A DNA stretch of 64,000 nt from Lama glama (Eukaryota), in contig CM052818.1 of NCBI GenBank assembly GCA_028534125.1, positions 22,756,001 through 22,820,000 on the forward strand. Direction: 5' to 3'. Made by a program: the position numbers and the translations under genes. This document shows, one piece after another, positions 37,727 through 51,560 of the stretch; within the stretch, counting starts at the first letter, position 1; each line of letters begins with the position of its first letter. The notes under the pieces are model-generated. The model was not told where the DNA came from. It searched no databases and worked only from the letters and a program-made list of their open reading frames with translations.

Positions 37727-38245
37727 TTGGGGTCCTCCCTGGGACAAATACTTTCTGTGTCTTCCTTTTCTTGTTAGTAGGACCTAGGCTTCATTCAGAC
37801 TCCTGGACCTTGCTTGAGTTCCAAAGGGCAGATCCAAACAGTTGCTAATCAGGGAGGGGAGGGGATGCAGGGGAGGAACAGTCAAGAAACAATAGTGTAG
37901 CCTTGGGGCAGGGTCCTGGTTCCTCCTTCAAGGAATATACATAACAATGTCTTTGAGTTCTTCTGTGGGAACTAAGGCCCCCACCTAAGTGGAGGATGGT
38001 ACTTCAGGCTGAAGACAAGAGTCTAGGAACACTTCCCTGTTACCTCATCACTAACCAATCAGAAGAAAGTCACACACCCCAAATTTTGCCTATAAAAGCT
38101 CCTCCCCCACCCTGAAAACCATCAGGGAATTTAGGTTTTTTGAGCACAATCTGCCTGCTCTCCTTCCTTGACCCTGCAATAAATCTTTCTCTGCCCCAAA
38201 CTCCAATGTTTTGGTTTGTTTGGTCTCACTCTGTGTCTAACACAA
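37727..38245 (+). mobile_element. ERV solo LTR with intact TATA and poly(A) signal
   Basis: aaccaatcag CCAAT near 38053, TATAAAA at 38091 and AATAAA near 38178, in U3-R order. Confidence 0.65.
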
Positions 38246-38999
38246 ATATTTCACCCACTTGGAGCCCCCTTAGCAACTTGAATAGGGTAGAGGCTTGCCT
38301 TGGCCTCAGCTTCTACACCCATGATCCATGACCTGGCCTTCCTTCTGCTCCACTGGGTGAACCTCTTAGCTTAAACATAACCCCCTCCCTAGAGTGTTAA
38401 CACCCTCCTCGTAGCATTCTTATAACACATGATTATTTGGGCCTGTCCCCGCACTGCACCAATGGGCTCCAATCCTGGCTGATCATCAGAAGCACAAGGC
38501 AGTTTGTTTTCTTGTTGTTGTGTTGTTTTTTTATTAGACTCCCAGGCCCCACCTGAAACCTCTGAGGGAGGGGCCAGGGAACTCTCTTTTTTTTTAAAGT
38601 CCTCCATTGACTGTAGTCATCAGCCAGGAGTGGAGTGTCTCTACAGCTCATAGAACACTTCATTGTAAAGCCTCCCACTCCAACTCACTGGCTCGCAAAG
38701 CATTTTGCTCCCATTTTTGTACAGCTCTTGCTGTGGGATCCACGTGACATGTCATGCGATATAGTTTGTCTACATGTCCCACCTGATCACATTCTGCCTT
38801 CCATCTTTCCATATGCCCTATCTCCCTTCCAAACGTGAACCTTTGAGGGCAGGGACCTCAATAGGCAGTACCGAATCCATGCACATGGATGCTGGAGGAA
38901 GACATTTAATATGCATATGGAATAAAAGCTGGAAAAACTTATAAATAGAGTGCAGTGCTTGTGAGAAACTACAAATAATTCTTTTCAATTCTTTTGGTT

Positions 39000-39499
39000 N
39001 NNNNNNNNNNNNNNNNNNNNNNNNNNNNNNNNNNNNNNNNNNNNNNNNNNNNNNNNNNNNNNNNNNNNNNNNNNNNNNNNNNNNNNNNNNNNNNNNNNNN
39101 NNNNNNNNNNNNNNNNNNNNNNNNNNNNNNNNNNNNNNNNNNNNNNNNNNNNNNNNNNNNNNNNNNNNNNNNNNNNNNNNNNNNNNNNNNNNNNNNNNNN
39201 NNNNNNNNNNNNNNNNNNNNNNNNNNNNNNNNNNNNNNNNNNNNNNNNNNNNNNNNNNNNNNNNNNNNNNNNNNNNNNNNNNNNNNNNNNNNNNNNNNNN
39301 NNNNNNNNNNNNNNNNNNNNNNNNNNNNNNNNNNNNNNNNNNNNNNNNNNNNNNNNNNNNNNNNNNNNNNNNNNNNNNNNNNNNNNNNNNNNNNNNNNNN
39401 NNNNNNNNNNNNNNNNNNNNNNNNNNNNNNNNNNNNNNNNNNNNNNNNNNNNNNNNNNNNNNNNNNNNNNNNNNNNNNNNNNNNNNNNNNNNNNNNNNN
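39000..39499. other. Assembly gap (500 N)
   Basis: Run of exactly 500 N, likely a placeholder length. Confidence 0.99.
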
Positions 39500-40927
39500 C
39501 AGACTCTTATCTTACATATAGGACGCTAGATTCCTCCCCATGCACGAGTGCCCTGCCACTGCCATTTTTTTATTAACTCCAATTCATTGATTCTGTGACC
39601 CCCACTCTCCCCTCCATCCCAGCAGCATGGCCTTCCCTGCCCTAGTTCTCACATCACCCAGAGCATTTCTCCCAGAATTACTGACAAAGCCTTGCATTTT
39701 CTTAGGTTCTTTCTGCTCTCCTGAGGGACCTCTTTGTCCTGCAGATCTCTTGAAACCACTCCCCTAATATGCTCCACTGCAGTTTATCTGGGCTAGAACA
39801 ATCGCCAGTCCCTGGCCTCCCTCCCCCACCACACACACACTCTACAAAGATGCCCCCTTGTGCTTCTTTGGCCTTAGTATCTGCTGCGGATCTTCTCCCC
39901 TCCACCTGGTAATTCCTGCTTGGGGCTTAGAAGTTCCTCTTCCCCAAGCACGCACGCAGGCTGACGGTTGCTCCTCCTCTGGGTCCCTTAGCATTTATGC
40001 ACAGCTCTGTTCCACCACATTTCATTTGTTCATTGCCCTGGAATAGACATTCTGGCATCTAAGTTGGAAGATGCTTGCTCTGGGAAGGGTGAGAAATTGA
40101 CATGAATAGGGTGTAAGGAAGAGGTGAGGTGTAATGCCTGGAACGAAATGGGAGATGAAGCTGGACAACCAAAAGCTAGAGTGTCTTTAAGAGCCTTGAT
40201 TGCTAAGAAGCTTTGGGTTTTACTCTGTAGGTGATGAGGTTTTTACACAGGGAGCAACACTGGGTTTTTATTTTTAATGAAATAATCTGATTCCAGCATG
40301 GAAAATGGACCAGAGGACAGAAAGGAAGAAACAGTAAGGAAGTTAGTGAAGAGACTGTTGCAATTGTCCAGACAAGACACAAGAGTGCTTAACCAAAGGG
40401 GACAGTTCTGGGATTGGAGAAAAGGGACAAACAGAGAGGATGCAGGGAAGTTTCTTGCTTGGCAGCAGTTACATGGAAATGACACTGAAAGCCTGTTTGG
40501 TAATGTGGTAAGAGCAAATTTGTGGGAAAAATAAACTTGCTTTGTCATAATGAATTTACAGCAATATCCAGCGCAGTTGGAAATTATACCAAGAGCTAAG
40601 TGTAGAGTGGGGGGGCTATGGTATAGATTTGTGAATTTTTTCTATGGTGATGACAGTTAAAACCATAGAAGTGGAGAGATCACTGAGGGGGAAATTGTAG
40701 AATGCGATAAGAATCTAGCATTTTTTCACATATGTCTTTTCCTGTTATAATGTCACAAATCCATAAAAAAAGTGACGTTAGTTAATACACTTGAGATCAC
40801 TTTAAGAACAGCACTCTTTGGGATTGAAAATCCTGATGGTCTCCTGACCAAGCTGTTTCCGGTTGCTATCATCACTGGGACCTGGAATGCCTCTAACCTC
40901 TGTGAGACCTAAACAAACGATTATTCT

Positions 40928-41053
40928 GGGGGAAGGTTATAGCTCAAGTGGTAGAGTGCATGCTCAGCACCCAAGAGGTCCCGGGTTCAATCCCTGGTAC
41001 CTCCTCCAAGCGGAACTCAATGAAGAAAACTAATCACCTCCCTCTCAGAAAAT
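40928..41053 (+). mobile_element. tRNA-Ala-derived SINE (camelid vic-1-like)
   Basis: Head and tail present. TSD attattctg on both sides. Confidence 0.82.
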
Positions 41054-42244
41054 AGACCATTATTCTGATCAAAGAATGGGTGAATGGGTAGATCAGGGTC
41101 AGTTGGTTCTCAAATACCAGCTGTTGCCAGGTAGCCAGGCAAGAAATGGACACAATGGTCCTTAGTGTTCAGCACCACTCCCTTCACATAGGGATCTATA
41201 ACAGAAAGTTCTCAGGGAGATTCTAATAACATAATCCTAAAACCTACCTGCATTCCCTGTGAACCCACCCACACTCCCACCCCCTGCACAGAGCTGGGAC
41301 AAGGGCCATGTTTATCATTTGGGACTCTGTTCCCCTGACCATAGCTGACTGGAGTAGAAGACCCCTGACTCAAGTGGGCCAGTTACTCAAGAATCTGTGG
41401 ATGGGACAGGGATTTGGGAGTCTGTGTACTTGATCTAGGAGTACATACACATTTTGGAATGGCGGGGTAGCAGACAGTTATCTTCCCCAAGAGCACAGAG
41501 AAAGTCCATCTGCAGAGAAGGCAGAATGAAGCAGGGATCATCAGTATAGCCCCACAGAAAGAAAGAAAGAAAGAAAGAGAAAGAAGAAGAGAGAGCACAA
41601 GAGAGCACACACTGAAAAACTGAAGAATGGCAGCCTTGGCACCTCACAGCCCCCTTTTTCCAGATTTCAATCCCTCCTAAGGCCTGTTTTTTGAACTCAT
41701 GAGTTCTGTCTTCCTTTTTCCCTAAGTTGATCTGAGCAGGCTTCTGTTAGGAGCCTCATTAGTTGACAGTAGCTATCTGGGTAAGGGCCTCAATGGGAGA
41801 AGTGGCTAGAATAGATATCACTGAGAAGACCTGGGGAACACCTAAATCCTATCAAGAGGCTGAAGTGTATCCTTCGGACTGAAATGGATTTAGTGAAAGC
41901 TGTAACCTAATCAAATGTTACCATGAATGAAGAAAGAATACTGAAGGACATAGGAGTCTAGTACAAAATGAGGGTTTTGCAGTGTTTATTGAGTAACTAA
42001 AACCTAAAGGCAAACAGCAAATTGGGGGGAAAAATCACAGCAAAGGGGAAAGACTTCTAACTATATAATTTTCCTGTCTCATTTTAGCAAAGATTTCTAC
42101 AAAGCTAATACCTAATACTGGCTGTAATGAGTATTGTTTTGTTCATCCACAGTGGACCCCCTTTCCTCCTTTACCAGACTCAATCCCTGATGTCTAGACG
42201 GGGCATGTGGTGCACACCAGACCAATAAGAGCCCTCCATGACAT

Positions 42245-42341
42245 TTTTTTTCTTTTTTTAATTTAAAGGAGGTACTGGGGATTGAACTCAGCACCTTGGG
42301 CACATTAAGCATGCCCTCTACCACTGAGCTATTTTCTCCCT
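42245..42341 (-). mobile_element. tRNA-Ala-derived SINE, short form (head + poly-A)
   Basis: Reverse-strand tRNA-like head followed directly by poly(A). Confidence 0.78.
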
Positions 42342-43789
42342 CTCTTCCCCATCCACCCCTGCTTCCCTGGCATTTTTAAATTTCTAGCCAGAGAGAGGGA
42401 GGAAGGTGCAGCTCCATTCTGGTGGTAGATGTGAAGCTCTGAGGCTGATTTGTCAGACAAATTTCCAGCTCAGCAGAAGCCATTCTTCACCAGGAAGCAA
42501 AGATGCAGATGATGCAGAGAGAAAGTGGTATTTGAATATCTGATTTCAGTTGTCTCTGAGACCAGCTGCCCTTGCCTTTCTTGCAGTTTGGTTACATGAG
42601 TCAATAAAGCCTCTGACTGGGACACCTGTGCTATGGTCAAACATGGGGCATGAGGGACCACTACATATTTCTAATTACCCAGTTGCCACTGAGGCAGGAT
42701 TGCCCTAGAGATGGTCTACAACCTGCCCCTATACACAGACTTGATTTACTCTATGCCCCCTCCAGTGTATGAGGCCCAGGGGGAGATCTGTGGAGGGCCA
42801 ATGCTCCTATGGATTATCTTTTATCTTGATGTCCATGCCAAAAGCTGCAGGACCACCCTGTGGGTCCTTTCAGAGCGATGCAGGTCATCAGCATATACCC
42901 AAAAGGTACAAATGTATTCTTATGCCAACATGCATTTTCCTTTTCCTTCTTAGTGACAGAATCCTGATTTTATTCAAGGCAGAATTCACCTATCTAAAAG
43001 GTATTTCCCATCCTCTCTTGAAGCTAGGTGTACCATGTGACCAAGTTCTGGCCAATGAAATGCAAATCAAAATGTTATGTGGTACTCCTGGGGAGTCATC
43101 TTAAAAGGAAGGAAAAGGTCTTATTCCCCCCACCCCCACTTTTCACCTTCTTCTGCCTGGAACATGGAATTCTAATTGTTCAATTCTCTTGAACCATGAG
43201 ACAATAAACCAGTGATAGCTCCAATGCTATCCAGGACCTGGGTTCCTTCTACCTTGCTGTTCACCTTCATTAGCTCATTTTCTCATGGTCCAAGATGGCT
43301 GTCACTTGGTCCAGATCGTCCAAGATGCAACACTTCCTGCAAGGTTTAATTGCACATAATAGACAAAGTCCAAAAGAAACACACCAGTGCATAAACAACA
43401 TAAAATTTTTGCTTTCCTTAATAGATAAAGTTCTATCTTGTTTATGCTATTATTATTTTGGGTTTTGTGTGTTACATGCAACTGATCCTCCATCAGGTAG
43501 CCTAGGGTAGGCACTGGAGTATATTGGAATCAATGATCCAGTTCTAGGCTGACTGAGAGTAAAGAGCACTGCCCCATGGGAATCTGCTCCCCACCTTCAA
43601 AGTGCCATCAAACTTGCTAGGATCTTCCACCAAGCAAACGGGTAGAGACTACATCTGACCTCTTTCTGAGAAGACTTAGAGAAGTGTTGCATTCCTCTTA
43701 ACCTTTGCCTCCTCATTGAGGGCAAGGTTTTAGGCATCCTATAAACAGGTCCCTGCTTTGCTTCGCCACCTCAGGAGATCTCCCTAGGG

Positions 43790-44252
43790 CCTCCAATAAT
43801 GTGAGCCACATAATCAATTAAAATTTTTCTAGTAGCCACATTAAAAAGAAGTAAAAAGAGACAGGTAAAATTAATCTTAATAATATAGTTTACTTAAACC
43901 CCAATATAGAAAATATTATCATTTTCAACATAATATAATCAATGTAAGAGGAATTATTATAAATTGTATTGGGTCAAATGTAATCAATAGAATTATTTTT
44001 TTAATTTTTTTTAACATTTTTTATTGATTTATAATCATTTTACAATGTTGTGTCAAATTCCAGTGTTCAGCACAATTTTTCTAAGAATTATAAATGAGAT
44101 ATGGGGTTTTTTTTGAGATATGTTACACTTTTTTGTTCCAAGTCTTCGAAATCCAGTGTATATTTTACACTAACAGTGCACTCAATATGGGATAGCCACA
44201 TTTTAAGTGCTCAGTTGTCCCGTATGCCTAGTAACTACCATATTGAACAGAG
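43790..44252. mobile_element. MER3/MER33-like hAT MITE with an inserted minus-strand L1 tail (about 43997-44083)
   Basis: tagtagccacattaaaaag and tagccacattttaagtgctca motifs. The insert is flanked by TSD agaattat at 43989-43996 and 44084-44091. Confidence 0.7.
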
Positions 44253-45819
44253 TAAGTCTCGACTCTGCCTCTTCTCTCCTTGTCTCTGGTTGTAATTTTA
44301 TTGCGAGGTTTTTGTCTCTCTGCCTGACTCCTTTGGACTGATGCATTTTTGGGAATGCTTTAAAATCTTTTAGGTCTTCTTTGCCTCTTCGTCCATATAG
44401 TCATGGACCAGCCCAACTCCATTCTTTGCCTAGCCTCCATGAGCGCAGTTGTTTGATAGGGAAATTAAGAGGGGTGAAGTTCCTTAGGTGATCCTTCACG
44501 TGCGCAGTCTCACACTACGGCTACCCAATGCTGAGAGCTAAGATATTGAAAAGGAAGCAGAAAGAGTGAGAGACAGAATCATCCGATGAGTGAGTTTATT
44601 CTTAATGTCAATTGCTTGGGAAACTGGCAAGTCCTCAGAATAAAAATAAAACTAGTTTATAGGGCAAGGTGAAGGCAGAAGGGCTTTCTCTCTTTTGATG
44701 CTCAATGCCCTAAAAGTAGGTAGGTGTCACATGGCTCTTTGCACCTAAAGACAGGTGAGGCCCTAGAGCACGAGGTCTCAAGACCTAGGGCTGGTGAAGT
44801 TGTGATAATTCCTGTGGGTAGAGCAGTAATCTTCAAACAGTACCCTGTGAAGTTCCCAGTTTGTGGGGATCCTCTGGGGGCTGCCTGGAAGAGGACGCAG
44901 GACCTGCAAAGGGGAGAGGGTAGAACTCTGTGCTCTTCAAGCTTCCCCTCAACCTAAGCAGGACCTCTTTTATCTATTTATACATGAAAGTTTTGCATAC
45001 TCTTTTTAAAAGTTTTGCATGCTCTTTTTAAAAATGGTTCTAGTACTTAAAAAGCAAAAACAATTGAAAAAACAAAACAATTGAAAATGGCTGAGATAGA
45101 TGAAAACAACTGATGCTCAGAGAGGGTAGGTGATTTTCCTAAGATCACACAGCTAGTCATTGGTAAGCCAGGATTCAAATAACCAGGTCTATCTCCTAAA
45201 GCTAAGCTCCTTTTACAAGAGAACTAGGTAACTTCCTCAGCTAAATGCAAAGATACGTGCTGCCTAGAGGGTTATGAGACCAAGGAGAGAGCCCATGCTA
45301 TCTCATGGAAGGATGACTCTTTAACATGTAGGGCTAGTATCTGGGTGTTAAGAACTTCCACTGATCATGTGGCCCTAACAAGCTGAGGAGAGGAAGCCCT
45401 GGGACTCCACAAGAAAATTTTGACATTTTATTTATTAAGAAACAGCACTTTTTTATGAAAAAGAAAAATTGTTTGAAATATATGAGAAGATTGAAGTTTG
45501 AGTCAACATATCTTCTCCAGGCTCTTCAAGCTTCTATTGCCTCCATCTGACTATCTACAGCACCATCTGACCATTTACAACACCAACACCACAGAGGTCA
45601 TGAGGAATAAAGCCTTGAAGGGTTCATAGCTGCATATGAGCATAGTCTCAAGACCACATCCAGCGGTTCTCCTTCTGAACTGAATATTAAAACACATTTT
45701 CAGTAAAGAAGGGAAGGAAGGAAGAAAGGGAGGGAAGGAGAGAAGTAGAGAGAAAGGGAAGGAGGTAGGACGGAAGGGAGGGACAGATGGAATGACCAAC
45801 AAGAGACATAGTTAAGCAG

Positions 45820-46270
45820 ATCTCCTCTGTATTCCTCCAACACACTAAGCATGTTGCTGCCTCAGGGCCTTTGCACTCACTCCTTCTGTCTTTTCCAGAA
45901 ATCCACACACTTTACTTCTTTCCTTCACTGAGATTTCTGCTGAATGCAGAGGCCTTCCTTGACCACCCTCTCTAAAGAAGTACACCACCACTATGACCCT
46001 GTGTTTTCTTCATAGCATTCAACAGCACCTACCATATTGTATGTATACTTACTTACAGAAAATTATGATTAAGTTACACTTCAGTTTTGAGGAATACTGG
46101 CAGCTATACTTTGTATATTTACTTTTTAATGTATCATTTCATTTTCTCCACTAGAATGTAAGCTCCAAGCTACAGAGATTCCATTTTGTTCTCTATTGTA
46201 CCCTCAGATAACAGGACAGTGCCTGACACATAGAAATGTCTCAATAAATGTTAAATGGAAAGATGAACAA
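45820..46270 (+). mobile_element. L2 LINE 3' fragment
   Basis: cctcagggcctttgcact, ccactagaatgtaagctcca and acagtgcctgacacatag..ctcaataaat motifs. Confidence 0.7.
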
Positions 46271-49200
46271 AATAAACAAATAATGGTCCAGATACAGGGC
46301 AAGTTTGGAAAGAAATCATCATAGCACAGGCCATTTCCCAGGGTGCCCAGAGATGATGGTGAATGTGGCTGTCCTCAGGGTGCTTGTCATTTGTCTGAGT
46401 TCACGTCGCAGAGCACATTGAGTGTTGGCAGGGCCAGTAGATCTTCAAAGAAATGCGTTAGTCATCTTGGCAGGACCCTGGAGGCCTGCAGAGAAGTGTG
46501 GGGACACAGGCAGAGCCGTGAATCTCAGCCTCACCCAGAAGGGCAAGCAACCAGCCCTGGGGGGCTGGCAGCCACCCCGTACCTGCCTTTCTCTGGAGCT
46601 GTGTCTGGTAGATGGAGCCCCTGGGTATCAGAATGATGTTATCGTTGGGTCTGGGCAATGATTTCTGGGTCTGGTTGGGGTTATCTTGCTGTGGATTTCT
46701 TTAGGCAACATTTGGATTCCAATACTTGGGCTCCCTGGGAAAGCATGGATTGACATGGCAGTTCTTTCTCTGTGGCAAAGGAGAGGCTGCAGTTGAAATG
46801 CAGAAGTGATAGGTCTTGATGCACCTGCGAGGCCTCACCCTCAAGAGACCCAAGAGGATTCAGGCGTTGGTAATTCAGTATGTCACAGAGCACTGGGGCC
46901 TTCAGATTGAAGGTAGGCTTACTGCAGGTGCCTCTTTTTTTTTTCCCCTCTGATAACCAGATAGGTTTTTCTTCTTTTCTACCAGTCCCAAAATACAAAG
47001 TTTTAGACCCTTAGTGCTTCCAGATTCTGAGAGAATGTAGCACCACCCAAGATTGGAGGTATCTATCTCTAGTATAAATCATGGCTCATGGTAGGTACAG
47101 ATATACATAGGGATGAAGAGTGTCTTAAACTTCCCAAAATGATGGTTGCAGCCATTCCAGGTGAATATAAACCTTTTTTTTTCTCCCAAGAAGCCAATCA
47201 AGGGGAAGTCCTGGGAAAGAGAGGAATCAGACGAGAGGTATAGTTTGCAAAACCCAGGAATGGTTCTGTGTCTTTGATGCCTTGAAGAGTTTCCAAACTA
47301 GAAACATGATGACCTTTCCTAGAGTCAGCATGCCCTGGCTGAGGATGTACCCTAGGATGGCCACCGCAGGCCGTGACAACACAGTGTCTCTGTTAATGGA
47401 GAGGTATTAGTTGTGGGGAGAGGGAGTTTCTAAATTATGATTCAAAAGAGAACCCCCAAATTCAGAGGCTTAAAGAACAAAGAAGCTGATTTCTCTCTTG
47501 CATAACATCAGAGATGAGTGTCCAGGTCAGCAGATAACTGCTTCTTATGGCCATTTAGGGGCCAGGTTCCTTACTCTTGTGGCTCCTCTATTCCCCATGG
47601 CTTATTTTATCTCCCTGGTTGAAGCAGGGTCCACATTCCAGCAGCATGGAGGGAGGAAGAGACCTTGTGTCAGCCTACATTTACATTTTGAGGCCAAGTT
47701 CAAGGAATATAGATTGAACTATGAACCCCTTAAGGATAAAGACTAATTAAAAACTCATCTTGGCATTCCCAAATCCCCAGAACATAGCATAGTAACCACA
47801 CATGGAGGGTGCCAGATAAATATATGTAGAAATTTGTGTTAAGGTTTTTTTGGTTGCAAGAACATATTATTAGGAGTTTAGTGGAGGTCATCCTCTAGAG
47901 TTGAAATAAAGGAGATAAGTAGTCAAGTCTCAGAAAGAATAGGAACTAGCATAGCATCGGGGCTCTCAGCAGCTTGAGGCCAAGGACACGTTCTCCAGGG
48001 CAACACTCTGGACTCAGTGCCCCAAACCCTGAGGCTTGGTATGGATTCACTGAATGTTCCAGCTTTACAGGCAGAACATGGCTGTCCCAGGCTGGGCCAG
48101 CTGTCAACCCCTATCAGCACGCTCCAGCCAGGAGCACAGAGGAGAGACACAGAAGAGACCCCTCGGTGCCACCCGTGTATTGGATTTGTTTCCAGAGAAG
48201 GGAAAACTGTCACAGGGATTATTATTCAAATACCTGACCATGCCCTGGTTCAGGAAGCCTTACACACTTCAATTTGTTAGGTGCTGGTACCCAGCAGGGG
48301 AGATGCAGCAGCCAAAGAGCAGGACAGGCTATTTGAAGTAGCTGGGCCTTAGAGGTGGTTTTGAAAATGTGTGTAAGTTTGGGACATACACTAGACAGTG
48401 GTAATCTTGGTAGAGTCCCAGTTTGACACTTCTATGCTTCACAGGAGGCTCTGGAAGACACCTTGAGGGTCTGATAAGCCCCAGCCATAGGTGTGGGGCT
48501 ATGGGCTTCTGGAAGCCCTGAATCTTCTGCCATCACCTGGCTGTGGGTGGACCCAAGGGAGGAGTGGAGGCTCAGTCCAGTCTCTGTTGCACCACTAAGA
48601 TCACACTTTAGCCTCCTGTCTTTCTCTAAGCCAAAAGCATGGGACTCTCAGCTCTGCCAGGCCATCTGCCTAGGTATCTCATTTCAGAGGGGCTGATCAT
48701 TGCTTTCTGAAAGTGGGTGCCAAGAACAACGTTATTCCAAAGCAAGCACATACCAGGCAGGGGCCACAGCTCATCTGCCCTGACCCTCCCAGAGATGCCA
48801 GTGTCTAACTCTGTACTCCGAACCGGAGACACAGATATCTTATATTCTGCAGATAGTAACCCCTTACGATTCTACTGCATGTTGGAGTTAAGGAGGTAGG
48901 CTGGTTTTAACTCTCTCTCTCTTCTGTTTCCCCAGTTGGGTTTAATATTAGGAAGACTGTTCAGCTGGCCTCCATCACTCAGCTGGAAAGGTTAGGAAAA
49001 TATCTATTTGTATTGGGAACTTGACAGCTTGACTCACCTTAGAAGAAATCTGGCACAACTATCTGGCAACTAGCCAGCCTTAGATTAGCCAGTCTGACAA
49101 AGGGCTTCCCAAATTGGCTTAAATTAATGAGAAGGGAAGGGTTCTGCCTGCTCTCGAGCTTCATTCTTTCCTTCTGTGTGCCCTGGACCCATGGCTCTGT

Positions 49201-49283
49201 GTGATGATATCTGGTGTGTCTGTGTGCCATTGGGCTATACCCAATTTGAGTTGCCTGTGAAGGCAGTACAAAGCTTTTGGAAG

Positions 49284-49793
49284 TGTATTGGTTATTTATT
49301 GCTATCTAACAAATTACCCCAAAAGCGAGCAACTCAAAATAACAGCTATTATCTCAAATTCCTTGGTCAGGAATCTGGGCATAGCTTAGTTGGGTGCCTC
49401 TGATCCAGAGTCTCTCACAAGGCTGCAGTCACTTTGCTGACTGGGACCACAGTCTTTACAAGGTACCCCCTTGGATCTGCCAGCTCACTCACATGGCTAT
49501 TGACAGACCTCAGGTCCTCTCTGACTGTTGATCAGAGATATCAGCTTCTCTCCATGTGGGATTCTCTGTAGAACAACTCACGACATGACAGCTGGCTTCC
49601 CTCAGAGGGAGCAAACAAGAGAGAGTACCCAAGATGGAAGCCTTGGTCTTTTTGTAACCTAATCTTGGAAATGACATCCTATCGCTTCTGCTGTATTTTA
49701 TTCTTTAGAAGTGGGTCACTAGGTCCAGTCCACACTCAAGGGGAGGGGATGAGCGAAGAAATCATTAAGGATTACCTTACAGACTGTCTACAC
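49284..49793 (-). mobile_element. MLT1 (MaLR) LTR
   Basis: tgtattggttatttattgctat.taacaaattacccc...ggtcaggaatctgggcatagcttagttggg. Confidence 0.75.
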
Positions 49794-50479
49794 AGCCAGT
49801 CTCAGAGACGTGATGCCAATAAGGGGTTTGTTACTGGTCTGTGAGTTCTAGGAGATGCCAGGAAAAAGGAATGAGACAGTTATCAAAGTCAAGGACTTGA
49901 GGCCAAAACTAGGAGCTGGGATGTCTGGGTGGAGTAAAGGGGCAGCAGAGGAACCAAAGAATGAGTGAGAGCCAATAACAGAAGTGCCCTGAGATAGGAA
50001 AAAGTATAAAGGATTCGATGGGGCACTGAGGAACCAGTTTTGGGAAGCCTGCTCATAACACACAGGTGTTCTCATACTTATGGGGCGGCATCTTGAGGCA
50101 TGAGGCTGGGCAGAACAGATGTTGGTGGTACAATTACACAAGAGAGGAATCAAGAGGGTCACTGATTTGTTCCAGAACAAGTTGATTTTTGTAGTGCTTG
50201 TGAGACATCCAGATGGAGATGTTCTTTGGGCAACTGAAAAAGGATGGGAGATCTAGGAAGGACCTGCATGTGTAGGGTTGGGAACACACTCAGACTTGCG
50301 GGCAGAGGCAGGAGAAGGGGCCATCAAGGTGGACTAAGGAACAGTCAGGTCCTCAGGCAACCATGACTCAAAATGTCTCTAACACACTTACCTTCCCTCT
50401 TTGAGACCTGTCATGAACCTGCAACCCTGGTTTGTGTTTAGATTTTTCTTGAACTCAACTGCATTAAAAAATATCTTAA

Positions 50480-51560
50480 ATTTGGTGTTTATTTCAAATT
50501 GCATTTTTAAGGGCTAAACTTTATTTTTAAAGCAGTTTCAGCTTTACGGAAAAATTGAGAAAGTAGTATAGAGAGTTTCCATATACCCCACATTCAGTTT
50601 CTCCTATTATTAACAGCTGACATTAGGATGGTCAATTTGTTACAATTAATTAATCAATATGATATATTATGATTGACTAAAGTTTATTAGTTTATTCAAA
50701 TTTCCTTAGTTTTTAACCTACTGTCCTTTTTCTGTCCCTGGATCCCATCCAGGATACCACACTGCATTTAGTTGTCATGCCTCCTTAAGCTTTTTTGGCT
50801 GTGAAAGTTTCTCAGACTTTTCTTGTTTTTGGTGACCTTGAGGAATACTAGTCAGGTATTTTTAGAATGTCCCTCTGTTGGGATTTGTCTGATGTTTTCC
50901 TCATGATTAGACAGACTAGGGTTGTGGGTGTTGGGGGGGAAAGACTGCAGAGGTGAAGTGCTATTCTCAGCACCTCACATCATTGGCGATGTTGACCTTG
51001 ATTACCTGGCTGAGGTAGTTTGCCAGTTTCCTTCGCTTAAAGTTACTCTTTTTTTTTTCCACCTTGCTATATGCACTCTTTGCAAGGACGTCACTGTGAG
51101 CAACTTACGCTTAAGAAGTAAGGAGTTGTTTTCTACTTCCTTTCAGGGTGGAGAACTTACACAAATTATTGAGGATTATTCAACCCGGTAGATTTGTCTT
51201 TTCTCCCTGTTTACTTATTTAATCAATCGTTCATTTAAATCAGTATGGATTCATGGATATTTAATTTATGCTTTGGGTTATAATCCAACACTGTATTGTT
51301 TTGCTTCAATTGCTCCAGCTCTGGCCTTTGCCAAGCTCTTTCAGTTTACTTGGCTGTTGTTTTTGCAAACGACCATCACTGTAATGGTTTTTTGGGTTTT
51401 TTAGTACTTTCTTACTTTCTGGCAGTGTAAGATACTTCAGGTTTATTGTGTATATTTCCTGCCCTAATCCTGGAATCAGCCATTTCTCCAAGGAGTCCTG
51501 GTTCCTTTTATTGGAGAATGGTATTAGAAGCTAAAATCTGGGCACTGGGAGGGCTCAACT
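50480..51560 (-). mobile_element. L1MC-like 3'UTR
   Basis: ggatcccatccaggataccacactgcatttagttgtcatg and ctggaatcagccatttctccaaggag motifs. Confidence 0.75.

Noticed and set aside
38994..39521. 175-aa ORF of X residues
   Set aside because: Artefact of the N gap.
44987..45030. 22-bp tandem duplication (and similar short duplications near 45057-45087 and 59058-59090)
   Set aside because: Two-copy slippage duplications with no spacers or other structure; not an array.
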